Below, piece after piece: positions 12,287 to 21,053 of a stretch of 64,000 nt of DNA. Positions within the stretch are counted from its first letter, which is position 1. Each line of letters opens with the position of its first letter. The translations under genes were made by a program, and so were the position numbers. The notes under the pieces were generated by a model, which had not been told where the DNA came from, did not search any database, and saw only the letters and a list, made by a program, of their open reading frames with translations. The DNA is from Chloroflexota bacterium (GTDB lineage: Bacteria > Chloroflexota > UBA11872 > VXOZ01): positions 768,001 to 832,000 of the forward strand of contig CAXXVD010000002.1 in NCBI GenBank assembly GCA_963662335.2, given 5' to 3'.

Positions 12287-12395
12287 AAGGGCGTGACGCG
12301 CGTTGCCGCGGCGGTTCTCACGCTGAGGGATCAGCGGCAAGGCGCAAGGCAGGGGTGTTGCGGGAAGAATTTAGTCAGGAGAAGGAGGAGTTGCG

Positions 12396-14375
12396 GTGTT
12401 TAGGTCAATGTGGATGAGAGCGGCCGTCTTCGTGGTCGCCGTCTTGGCGGCGGCGGCGCTGGCGGCCTGCGCGCAGGAACCGGCGGCCATGCCGGAGGCC
12501 GCGCCGGAGCAAGAAGCGGAAGCGGCCGCGGAACCGGCCGCGCCGCAGGTCTACCGCATGGGCATCTTCGAGGAGCCCATTACGCGGAACTTCTGGAACT
12601 ACTACGGCGGCCCCGGCGGCTCGGTGTGGACGCAATACGTCCTGAGCGGCTGGGCCGGCGGCCTCTACGGCTACTCCGACCAGAACTTCGAGTGGGTGCC
12701 GAGTCTGGCGGCGGACTTCCCCACCGATCTGCAAAAAGAGACCGTTGACGGCACGGAATACTGGACCACCGAGGTGCCCCTTCGCCAGGGCATCATGTGG
12801 AGCGACGGCGAGGAACTGACGGCGGACGACGTCATCTTCACCGCGCACACCGTGCTGGAGATGGGCATTAGCGGCAACTTTGGCGCGGCGGTGGACCCGG
12901 CCTTCGTCGAACGCATCGAGGCCCTGGACAGCCATCGCATCAAGATCTTCTTCAAGGCGGCCGACGCTGACGGGAACCCGCAGACGCCCGGCCTGAGCGT
13001 GTGGCAGTTCGGCCTGGCTTTCATGCCGATTCTGCCGGAGCACTACTGGGCGCCGGTGGTCGCTGAGGCCAAGAAAGCCGGCGAAGCCGAGGCGCAGATT
13101 GAAGCGCTGATGGCCCACGTGCCCGAGAACGACCCCACCCTGGGCGGCTTCATGTTTGGCAGGTGGGAGCCCGGCGCGTTCATCGAGAACGCCAAGGTTG
13201 AGAACTACTACGCCACCGGCTCGGTCATCACGCGGTACGCCAGCGGCACGCTGCAAGAGGTGAACGAGCGGCTGGGCTACACCGCTACCTACTTCGGCGA
13301 GCCCGGCGGCGACAAGGAACTGGAGTACACGGTCGGCCCCCACGTGGATTCGGCCCTCTTCAGCATCTACGGCAACCAGGACGCGGCCATTCTGGCCCTG
13401 ACCAAGGGCGACATCGACTACGTCTTCAATCCCTTGGGCCTGGAGAAGGGTTTCCGCGAGCGCATCCAGGCGGCGGGCGACCTGGAAATCGTCACCAACC
13501 TGGATAACGGCATGTTCTACCTGGGCTTCAACGTGCGCAAGGAGCCCATGAGCATCCGCGAGTTCCGGCAAGCGGTGGCGGTCATGATCGACAAGGAGTT
13601 CGTGACCCAGACCGTGCTGCAGGGCGCGGCCATCCCGGCGTACTCCATGGTGCCGCCCGGCAACGCGGCCTGGTTCAACGCCGATACGGCCAAATTGGGC
13701 GCGGGCATGAGCAGAGGCGAACGGCTGGCGGAGGCGGTTGCGTTGCTCAAGAGCGCCGGCTTCACCTTTGAGGAAGAGCCGGAGATCAGTGAGGACGGCA
13801 ACTTCGTGGCCAAGGCCGGCAAGGGCCTGAAGATGCCCGACGGCTCCGACGTGCCGGCGCTGACCATCATCGCGCCCAGCGCGGGCTACGACCCGCTGCG
13901 CGCCACGTTCGCCATCTGGATCGAGCGCTGGTTGAACGACGTGGGCATCCCGGTGCGGGCCAACCTCACCGGTTTCAACGTCATCGTGGGCGTGCTCTTC
14001 AGCGATACGGTGCAAGAAGACCTGGACATGTGGATCCTGGGCTGGAGCCTGAGCCTCTTCCCGGACTACCTGGAGGTCTTCTTCAATAGCCGCCGCGCGC
14101 CGGAGAACGAGGGCGGCTACAACTGGGGCGGCTATGCCAATCCTGAGTTCGACACCATCTCGTTCAGCCTGCTCTCCGAGACAACCATCGAGGGCGCGCG
14201 CGACAAGGTCTTCCAGTTGCAGGAATTCCTGGCCGAAGACCTGCCGTACGTGACGCTCTTCACCGTGCCCAAGCTGGATTCCTACCGGCCGGGCAGCGTC
14301 GAGTACCCGTACACTGAGGTCCTCGGCGGACTGGAAGGCGTGGGCGGCATGCAGACGGCGGTGCAGGTGAAGTAG
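12396..14375 (+). CDS. Peptide/nickel ABC transporter substrate-binding lipoprotein (SBP_bac_5)
   Basis: Lipobox 'LAAC', 'LRQGIMWSDGEELTADDVIFT', 'FRQAVAVMIDK', 'EDLPYVTL'. Confidence 0.92.
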   Translation: MFRSMWMRAAVFVVAVLAAAALAACAQEPAAMPEAAPEQEAEAAAEPAAPQVYRMGIFEEPITRNFWNYYGGPGGSVWTQYVLSGWAGGLYGYSDQNFEWVPSLAADFPTDLQKETVDGTEYWTTEVPLRQGIMWSDGEELTADDVIFTAHTVLEMGISGNFGAAVDPAFVERIEALDSHRIKIFFKAADADGNPQTPGLSVWQFGLAFMPILPEHYWAPVVAEAKKAGEAEAQIEALMAHVPENDPTLGGFMFGRWEPGAFIENAKVENYYATGSVITRYASGTLQEVNERLGYTATYFGEPGGDKELEYTVGPHVDSALFSIYGNQDAAILALTKGDIDYVFNPLGLEKGFRERIQAAGDLEIVTNLDNGMFYLGFNVRKEPMSIREFRQAVAVMIDKEFVTQTVLQGAAIPAYSMVPPGNAAWFNADTAKLGAGMSRGERLAEAVALLKSAGFTFEEEPEISEDGNFVAKAGKGLKMPDGSDVPALTIIAPSAGYDPLRATFAIWIERWLNDVGIPVRANLTGFNVIVGVLFSDTVQEDLDMWILGWSLSLFPDYLEVFFNSRRAPENEGGYNWGGYANPEFDTISFSLLSETTIEGARDKVFQLQEFLAEDLPYVTLFTVPKLDSYRPGSVEYPYTEVLGGLEGVGGMQTAVQVK

Positions 14376-14469
14376 CAACGGCGAGAATCCGCAAAGGCGT
14401 TTGACGCCCGTTGAGGAATCTGACGCCTGCGCAGAATCTGACCCGCTGCGATTGCGCGGTTTACGACGG

Positions 14470-14497
14470 GTAGGGGCACGACGTGTCGTGCCCCTAC
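14470..14497. repeat. REP family D (gtaggggcacgacatgtcgtgcccctac)
   Basis: GTAG-headed palindrome; further copies at 34617 (degenerate), 34658-34685, 44812-44839, 57071-57098 and 62742-62769. Confidence 0.85.
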
Positions 14498-14594
14498 CCG
14501 TTTAAGGCTGTGGCGCGTCGGTTTGACTACGGCGCCGCAACCGTCAATAATGGGGCGCAATACATATCCACGCGCTTGACCGGGGAATTGGCGG

Positions 14595-15743
14595 ATGGCT
14601 GCCTATCTAATTAGCAGAACCCTGCAGATACTATTGACGCTCTTCGCGTTCATCTGCATCGTCTTCTTCCTCGTCAACGCGCAGCCGGGCGACATCAGCA
14701 ACGTCTACGCCATGAACCCCGAGTTGCCGCCGGATGCCCGCGAGCGGCTGCAAAACCAGTTTGGGCTCAACCAGCCGTTGTGGCAGCAATTCCTGGTGTA
14801 CGTCAAGAACATCCTCACCGGCAGTCTGGGCGTCTCGTTCACCCACTATCCCCGCAGCGTCATGGACGTGATTGCCGAGCGCCTGCCGCGCACGGTGGCG
14901 CTCTTCATGACGGCCACGATCTTCTCCTTCTACCTGGGTTTCCTGCTGGGCAAGATCATCGCCTGGAAGCGCGGCGGCTGGACCGAATACGCCACCACCC
15001 TGGGCGGCGTGACGCTCTACACGGTCTTTACGCCCTGGTTCGCCCTGATGATGATCTGGCTCTTCGCCTTCAAGGCCGGCTGGTTCCCCATCGGCAAGTT
15101 TCTGGACCCGGTCTTGTGGCGGGACGCGCCGCTGGCGGCGAACACGTTGTTTGGCCGCATGATGCTGACGGCGTTGGCGCTCTCCATCGTCGTCTTCGCC
15201 GTCTTTCTGGTCACCACGCGGCGGCGCATGGCCGGCGCGCGCTTCATTCAACTCGGCAGCCTCATCGCCGCCGTCGGCGTGATGCTCGGCGCGTGGTGGC
15301 TGACCGGTGTCGGCCATTTGGCCTGGGACATCGTGAAGCACATGATCTTGCCCGTGTTCACGCTCACCCTCATCAGCTTTGCCGGCACCATGCTGCTCAC
15401 GCGCAACAGCATGTTGGAGACCATGCGCGAGGACTTCGTGCTGGCGGCCCGCGCCAAGGGCCTGCCGGATAAAGCCGTGCGCGACCGGCACGTGGCGCGC
15501 AACGCCCTGCTGCCGGTGGTCACCAGCCTGGTTTTCAGCCTGGCGTTCGCCGTGGACGGCGGCGTGATTATCGAATCGGTATTCTCCTGGCCCGGCATGG
15601 GGCAGACGCTGGTGGCGGCGGCGATTTCGGAAGACCTGCCGCTGGCGGTGGGCGCGTTCGTCTTCGTCGGCATCTTCGTCCTGCTGGCCCACCTGGCCGT
15701 GGACGTGCTCTACGTCTACCTTGACCCAAGGATTCGCTACTAA
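14595..15743 (+). CDS. Peptide ABC transporter permease (OppB/DppB-like)
   Basis: 'PGD...FGLNQPLWQQF', EAA loop 'EDFVLAARAKGL', 'ESVFSWPGMG'. Confidence 0.93.
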   Translation: MAAYLISRTLQILLTLFAFICIVFFLVNAQPGDISNVYAMNPELPPDARERLQNQFGLNQPLWQQFLVYVKNILTGSLGVSFTHYPRSVMDVIAERLPRTVALFMTATIFSFYLGFLLGKIIAWKRGGWTEYATTLGGVTLYTVFTPWFALMMIWLFAFKAGWFPIGKFLDPVLWRDAPLAANTLFGRMMLTALALSIVVFAVFLVTTRRRMAGARFIQLGSLIAAVGVMLGAWWLTGVGHLAWDIVKHMILPVFTLTLISFAGTMLLTRNSMLETMREDFVLAARAKGLPDKAVRDRHVARNALLPVVTSLVFSLAFAVDGGVIIESVFSWPGMGQTLVAAAISEDLPLAVGAFVFVGIFVLLAHLAVDVLYVYLDPRIRY

Positions 15744-16693
15744 TGGCCGTGGAAGCAACACCGCAACCGGCCGCGCCGTCGCTGCGCAAAGTGCGGCTCG
15801 GCCTGGCGGCGCGCAGCCTGCGCGAAAACTGGTCGCTCTTCGTCAGCACGCGCATCGGGCTGATCGGGTTGACCGTGATCCTCTTCTATATGTTGCTCGC
15901 GCTGGCGCATCCCATTCTGATGAACACCGTGTGGGACGAGCGCATCTACGACCCGGTGGTGGGCTACGCCTTCGATGAGACCCGCCAACCGGCGCCGCCC
16001 AGCCGCAGCCACCTGCTGGGCACGGACCCCCTGGGCCGTGACATCCTGAGCCAACTGATGTACAGCACCCGCACGGAATTCCTGCTGGGGCTGCTGGCCG
16101 CCATCGTCACCGTCGTGATCGGCACCACCGTCGGCGCGATCGCCGCCTACTACGGCGGTGTGATCGATACCCTCCTGATGCGCTTTGCAGACATCATGGT
16201 GATGATGCCGGGCATCAGCATCCTCATCGTCTTGAGCGCGCTGATTGGCGTGGAACACCTGGAGTTGGCGCTCATCATCGGCATCTTATCGGGTTTTGGC
16301 GGCGCGAGCATTCTCTTGAAGTCACAGGCGCTTTCCGTGGTTGTCAAGCCGTATATCGAAGCGGCACGCGCGGCCGGCGGCGGCCCGGCGCACATCATCT
16401 TCATCCACATCGTGCCCAACCTGCTGCCGCTTTCGTTCCTCTACATGATGTTCACCGTCACCGGCGCGATCTTCTCGGAAGCGGTCTTGAGTTTTCTCGG
16501 CCTGCTGGACGTGCGCATGAGTTGGGGCCTGATGATCCACACCACCGAGGCCGCCGGCTACCTGCTGCAAGTCGGCGCGTACTGGTGGCTCATCTTCCCG
16601 GCCAGCCTCTCCATTACGCTGCTCTGCTCCTCGTTCTACCTGGTGGGGCGCGCCATGGATGAGGTGATCAACCCCAGATTGCGGCGCTTATGA
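15743..16693 (+). CDS. Peptide ABC transporter permease (OppC/DppC-like)
   Basis: 'HLLGTDPLGRD', 'YIEAARAAG', 'HIVPN', 'EAVLSFLG'. Confidence 0.93.
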   Translation: MAVEATPQPAAPSLRKVRLGLAARSLRENWSLFVSTRIGLIGLTVILFYMLLALAHPILMNTVWDERIYDPVVGYAFDETRQPAPPSRSHLLGTDPLGRDILSQLMYSTRTEFLLGLLAAIVTVVIGTTVGAIAAYYGGVIDTLLMRFADIMVMMPGISILIVLSALIGVEHLELALIIGILSGFGGASILLKSQALSVVVKPYIEAARAAGGGPAHIIFIHIVPNLLPLSFLYMMFTVTGAIFSEAVLSFLGLLDVRMSWGLMIHTTEAAGYLLQVGAYWWLIFPASLSITLLCSSFYLVGRAMDEVINPRLRRL

Positions 16694-17655
16694 GCGGCGC
16701 TCCCCTGCTGGCCGTGGAAGACCTCACCCTGCACTACAACACGCGGGCCGGTGAAGTCTGCGCCGTGGACGGCGTTTCGCTCGCGCTGCACCGGGGCCAG
16801 TCGCTGGGACTGGTGGGGGAATCCGGCTGCGGCAAGTCGTCCCTGGCGCTGGCGCTGCTGCGGCTGCAGCCGGATAACGCGCGCATACTCGGCGGCAAGA
16901 TCCTGTTGGACGGCATAGACCTGGTCGCGCTTTCCGAGGATAAGATGCGTTCCTACCGCTGGGACCGTATCGCCATGGTCTTCCAATCGGCCATGAACGC
17001 CTTGGACCCGGTGTACCGCGTGGGCGACCAGATCATCGAGGCGCTGGAGGAGCACGTCAATGCGTCGCGGCCGGAAATGATCGAGCGCGTGCACGCGCTC
17101 TACGACCTGGTGAACCTTTCGCACAACTTCATTCCGCGCTATCCCCACGAGTACAGTGGCGGCATGAAGCAGCGCGCCATCATCGCCATGGCCCTGGCCT
17201 GCGAACCGGACCTCATCATCGCCGACGAGCCCACCACGGCCCTGGACGTGATCGTGCAAGACCACATTCTGCGCGAATTGCAGAATATCCGCGCGGAATT
17301 GAACATGAGCATGCTCTACATTTCGCACGACATGGCGGTGATTGCCGAGGTGAGCGACGTGGTGGCGGTGATGTACGCCGGCAAGATCGTGGAATACGGC
17401 ACGGCGGAAGAAGTCTTTGCCCGGCCCATTCACCCCTACACCCGCGCGTTGATGTCGGCCTTTCCCAGCGTGACCGGCGAGAAGCAGGAACTGGCGACCC
17501 TGGGCGGCGAGCCGCCAAACCCGCTGGAATTGCCGTCCGGCTGCCGCTTCCATCCGCGCTGCCCGCACGCGACCGAGAAGTGCGCCGAGCAGGAACCGCC
17601 CACCGTGCGCCGCGGCGCGCACTGGGCCGACTGCTGGCACCCACCGGAGGACTAG
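16690..17655 (+). CDS. Peptide ABC transporter ATPase (OppD/DppD-like)
   Basis: GESGCGKS, 'YPHEYSGGMKQR', 'IADEPTTALD', C-terminal 'GCRFHPRC'. Confidence 0.95.
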   Translation: MSGAPLLAVEDLTLHYNTRAGEVCAVDGVSLALHRGQSLGLVGESGCGKSSLALALLRLQPDNARILGGKILLDGIDLVALSEDKMRSYRWDRIAMVFQSAMNALDPVYRVGDQIIEALEEHVNASRPEMIERVHALYDLVNLSHNFIPRYPHEYSGGMKQRAIIAMALACEPDLIIADEPTTALDVIVQDHILRELQNIRAELNMSMLYISHDMAVIAEVSDVVAVMYAGKIVEYGTAEEVFARPIHPYTRALMSAFPSVTGEKQELATLGGEPPNPLELPSGCRFHPRCPHATEKCAEQEPPTVRRGAHWADCWHPPED

Positions 17656-17759
17656 AACCGATTTCAGATAACTCCGTTTAGACCCCCTCTCCCTGAGGGA
17701 GAGGGCCGGGGCGAGGGTGAAGACGTAGAGCAAGTTTGCGTTGAAGAGGAATAGCGCCG

Positions 17760-18779
17760 ATGACCGATTCGGCAAACACAACAGCCGCCGAAGACCGCCC
17801 CCTGCTGCGGGTAGAGGGCTTGCGCAAGCATTTTCCCGCCGCCACCTCCCGCTTCCGGCGCAACCGGCGCTTCATCCACGCCGTGGACGACGTCAACTTC
17901 ACCCTGGGCCGGGGCGAAAGCCTGGGATTGGTGGGCGAATCCGGCTGCGGCAAGACCACGACCGGCAAGATGCTCGTGCGGCTAATAGACCCCACTGAAG
18001 GCCGCGTGCTCTTCGACGACGGCGCCGGCGAGCCGACGGACATCGCCACCCTGCGCGGCAAGCCCCTGAAGGAATTCCGGCGGCGCGCGCAGATGATCTT
18101 CCAAGACCCGTACGAGTCCATGAACCCCCGGCGCACGATCTACGACACCATCGCCGAGCCGCTCCAGGTGCAGCAGATCGGCACGCTGGTGGAGCGCATC
18201 GACCGCGTGACGGAAATGCTGGCGCTGGTGGGCCTGACGCCGCCGCGCGCCTTCCTCTTCCGCTACCCCCACGAACTCTCCGGCGGCCAGCGGCAGCGCG
18301 TGGCGATCGCGCGGGCGCTGGTGGTGGAGCCGTCGTTTGTGGTGGCCGACGAACCGACCTCCATGTTGGACGTCTCCGTGCGCACCGGCGTGATGCGGCT
18401 GATGGCGGACCTGGCCGAGGGCCTGGGCATCGGCTATCTCTACATCACCCACGACCTGGCGGTGGCGCGCTACATGTGCACCCGCATCGCGGTGATGTAT
18501 CTCGGCAAGATCGTGGAAATCGGCGATACGGAGGAAATCCTGCGCCGCCCGCAACACCCCTATACCCAGGCCCTGCTGTCCGCGGTGCCCGTCCCCGACC
18601 CCACCGTCACCCGCGCCCCGGTCAACATCAAAGGCGGCGTCACGACCCTCATCAACCCCCCGCCCCAATGCCGCTTCTACCCCCGCTGCCCCCAAGCCGA
18701 CAACTTCTGCCGCGACAACGACCACCCACCCCTGGAACGCAAAGGCCAGGAGCAAGAAGTGGCTTGCTACAAGGCGTAG
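17760..18779 (+). CDS. Peptide ABC transporter ATPase (OppF/DppF-like)
   Basis: GESGCGKT, 'LSGGQRQR', 'ADEPTSMLD', 'HPYTQALL'. Confidence 0.95.
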   Translation: MTDSANTTAAEDRPLLRVEGLRKHFPAATSRFRRNRRFIHAVDDVNFTLGRGESLGLVGESGCGKTTTGKMLVRLIDPTEGRVLFDDGAGEPTDIATLRGKPLKEFRRRAQMIFQDPYESMNPRRTIYDTIAEPLQVQQIGTLVERIDRVTEMLALVGLTPPRAFLFRYPHELSGGQRQRVAIARALVVEPSFVVADEPTSMLDVSVRTGVMRLMADLAEGLGIGYLYITHDLAVARYMCTRIAVMYLGKIVEIGDTEEILRRPQHPYTQALLSAVPVPDPTVTRAPVNIKGGVTTLINPPPQCRFYPRCPQADNFCRDNDHPPLERKGQEQEVACYKA

Positions 18780-18928
18780 CCAGCGGCGCAGTTGTTCAGC
18801 GACACTTTCGTTGCTAAAGTATGATGAGCGGGTCGAATGCACTCGCAGAAAGACATTACGTCATCGGATCGACTACAGCAACGAGAGCACTGGCATGAGA
18901 CGAGCGATCCAATGAACAAAGCACTTCT

Positions 18929-19798
18929 ATGCTAACGAAAACCGGAACTGTGACCTACCGTGCTCTCAGCCTGGGTGCAGGCGTGCAGAGTTCTGTGTTG
19001 GCACTTCTTCTGTCCCGATCCGACCCCGGCTTGCTCGAACTTGGCTACCCCAAACCAAATGTCGCCGTGTTTGCCGACACTGGTTGGGAACCAGAGTATG
19101 TTTACCGCCACCTTGACTGGCTTGAAGAGCAACTTGACTATCCGCTAATCCGCGTATCTGATGGCGACATAAAGACAAACCTGAAGCAGGGGCGCACGGT
19201 TTCGGGACACCGGTTTGTGGATGTACCGTTGTTTATGGTGAACCCGGATGGTAAGAAAGGCATGTTGCGGCGGCAGTGTACAAGCCATTATAAGGTTAGA
19301 CCCATCTATCGTGAGATTAGACAGCTTGCAGGTGGACAACGCGGGCGGCCATTCCCAAAAGACACGTACGCTGAAATGTGGCTTGGGATATCTCGGGACG
19401 AGGTGGCGCGTATCAAGCCCAGCCGAGAACCATGGGTTGAACACCGCTGGCCGCTTGTGGAACTTGGTATGTCGCGCCAGGACTGCCTAGAGTGGTTCGC
19501 TTCTGAATACCCGGGCCGTCACCTTCCCCGGTCAGCTTGCGTCATTTGTCCCTATCGCTCGGATGAACACTGGCTGGAACTAAAGCGGTCTGAGCCTGAC
19601 AGTTACAACGAGGCCGTGAAGTTCGATGTATGGCTGCGAAATAGCGCAACGAACCCCGTGAGGGAGATCCTCAACGGCCGTCCGTACCTTCATGCTGCGC
19701 GCCGACCTCTTGCTAGCGTCATCGCTGAACGGGAATCTGATGATTCAGACGCGAACGACTACTTTGTCGAGGAGTGCGAGGGCGTCTGCGGTGTATGA
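18929..19798 (+). CDS. PP-loop / PAPS-reductase-like (adenine nucleotide alpha-hydrolase) Cys-rich protein, putative DNA-modifying enzyme
   Basis: 'SLGAGVQS' PP-loop, 'FADTGWE', 'RQCTSHYK..PI', 'WLGISRDE..R', 'WPL', 'SACVICPY' and C-terminal 'ECEGVCGV'. Confidence 0.8.
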   Translation: MLTKTGTVTYRALSLGAGVQSSVLALLLSRSDPGLLELGYPKPNVAVFADTGWEPEYVYRHLDWLEEQLDYPLIRVSDGDIKTNLKQGRTVSGHRFVDVPLFMVNPDGKKGMLRRQCTSHYKVRPIYREIRQLAGGQRGRPFPKDTYAEMWLGISRDEVARIKPSREPWVEHRWPLVELGMSRQDCLEWFASEYPGRHLPRSACVICPYRSDEHWLELKRSEPDSYNEAVKFDVWLRNSATNPVREILNGRPYLHAARRPLASVIAERESDDSDANDYFVEECEGVCGV

Positions 19799-21053
19799 GG
19801 CGCACACGGAGACGGTTAGCCCCAAGTATTCGCTTCATCCGTACCAGCGGCAGGTGCTGACTGACATCTTGCAGGCCCTGTCATCGCCTGAGCGTCGGGT
19901 CGTTGCGCACTTGCCAACCGGCGCTGGCAAGACGAGAATTGCCGCCCATGCTGCGTGCCGGCTGCTCAACGAGAATGACAACTACGACAAGCGAAGTGAG
20001 GAGCCCCTTGTAATCTGGTCGGCGTCTACAGAGGAGCTTTGCGAACAGGCGGCAGACCAACTTTCAGAGGCGTGGTCGTATCTGGGTTTGCGGGATGCTT
20101 CCATTCACCGCTATTGGGGCAACCGGTCGCTAGACCTGCGGCGACTGTCTTCTGGGTTCTTGGTAACCGGTCTTGCTAAACTGCATTCCGTTGCGTCCCG
20201 AGATAACACACTACTTGCGCACCTGGCCCATTGTACGGCAGGTGTGATCTTTGACGAGGCCCACCAGGCAGTTGCCGAGACCTACGCTTTTGTCACTGAG
20301 CAGCTATGCAGCACGCGGCCGCCTCTCCTCGGCTTGACCGCAACACCGGGGCGCACCGCGAACCTTACGGATGCTGACCATCAGCTTGCCGCTATGTTCG
20401 ATTACAAGAAAGTGTCAATAGACCCTAGAGGACATGAGAGCGCCGTTGCCTACCTCATTCAGAATCGCTACCTGGCTGACACGCGCTTTGTGCCGGTGGA
20501 CTTTGACTCTGATTTTGCAGTCGCAGACCCTCGCCCCGGCCTGGACTATAGTCGGCATGACCTAGCTGAACTGGGCCGCGACGAGCGCCGGACACGTGTG
20601 ATCGCTGAACACGCTATGGGTGCCGTTAGACGGCATCAGCGCACTATTGTGTTCTGCCCCTCGGTGGAGAGCGCACATATGTGCAACCGGCTTCTCTTGG
20701 CTGAGGGCATGGCTACTCACGTGATTACTGCGAAAACGTCCAGCGAGGAACGCCAGGACATCATAGCCACTTTCAAGAGCGACAGTAGGGAGCACATGGT
20801 GTTGTTCAACTACGGCGTGCTTACCGCCGGTTTCGACGCTCCGCGAACTCGTTGTGTCATTATCGCTCGCCCTACCACTTCATTGGTGCTCTATTCGCAA
20901 ATGGCGGGGCGCGCAATGCGCGGCCCTAGAGCCGGCGGCAACCCAAGAGCCGAAATACTCACTGTTGTCGACACGAACCTTCCAGGGTTCGGGTCAGTGA
21001 CCGAGGCGTTCACAAACTGGGAGGAACTATGGAAGACCAACTCGCCGAACTAA
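19791..21053 (+). CDS. SF2 DEAH-box helicase (ResIII-like), no evident nuclease domain
   Basis: 'LHPYQ', 'LPTGAGKT', 'FDEAH', 'GLTATP', 'VFCPSV', 'LTAGFDAP', 'QMAGRAMR'. Likely GTG start at 19791, overlapping the upstream stop. Confidence 0.9.
   Translation: MYEAHTETVSPKYSLHPYQRQVLTDILQALSSPERRVVAHLPTGAGKTRIAAHAACRLLNENDNYDKRSEEPLVIWSASTEELCEQAADQLSEAWSYLGLRDASIHRYWGNRSLDLRRLSSGFLVTGLAKLHSVASRDNTLLAHLAHCTAGVIFDEAHQAVAETYAFVTEQLCSTRPPLLGLTATPGRTANLTDADHQLAAMFDYKKVSIDPRGHESAVAYLIQNRYLADTRFVPVDFDSDFAVADPRPGLDYSRHDLAELGRDERRTRVIAEHAMGAVRRHQRTIVFCPSVESAHMCNRLLLAEGMATHVITAKTSSEERQDIIATFKSDSREHMVLFNYGVLTAGFDAPRTRCVIIARPTTSLVLYSQMAGRAMRGPRAGGNPRAEILTVVDTNLPGFGSVTEAFTNWEELWKTNSPN

Noticed and set aside
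18929-19798. Sulfate-assimilation cysH
   Set aside because: No cys genes nearby, PP-loop variant SLGAGVQS rather than SFGxDS-type, and coupling to helicase and nuclease genes.
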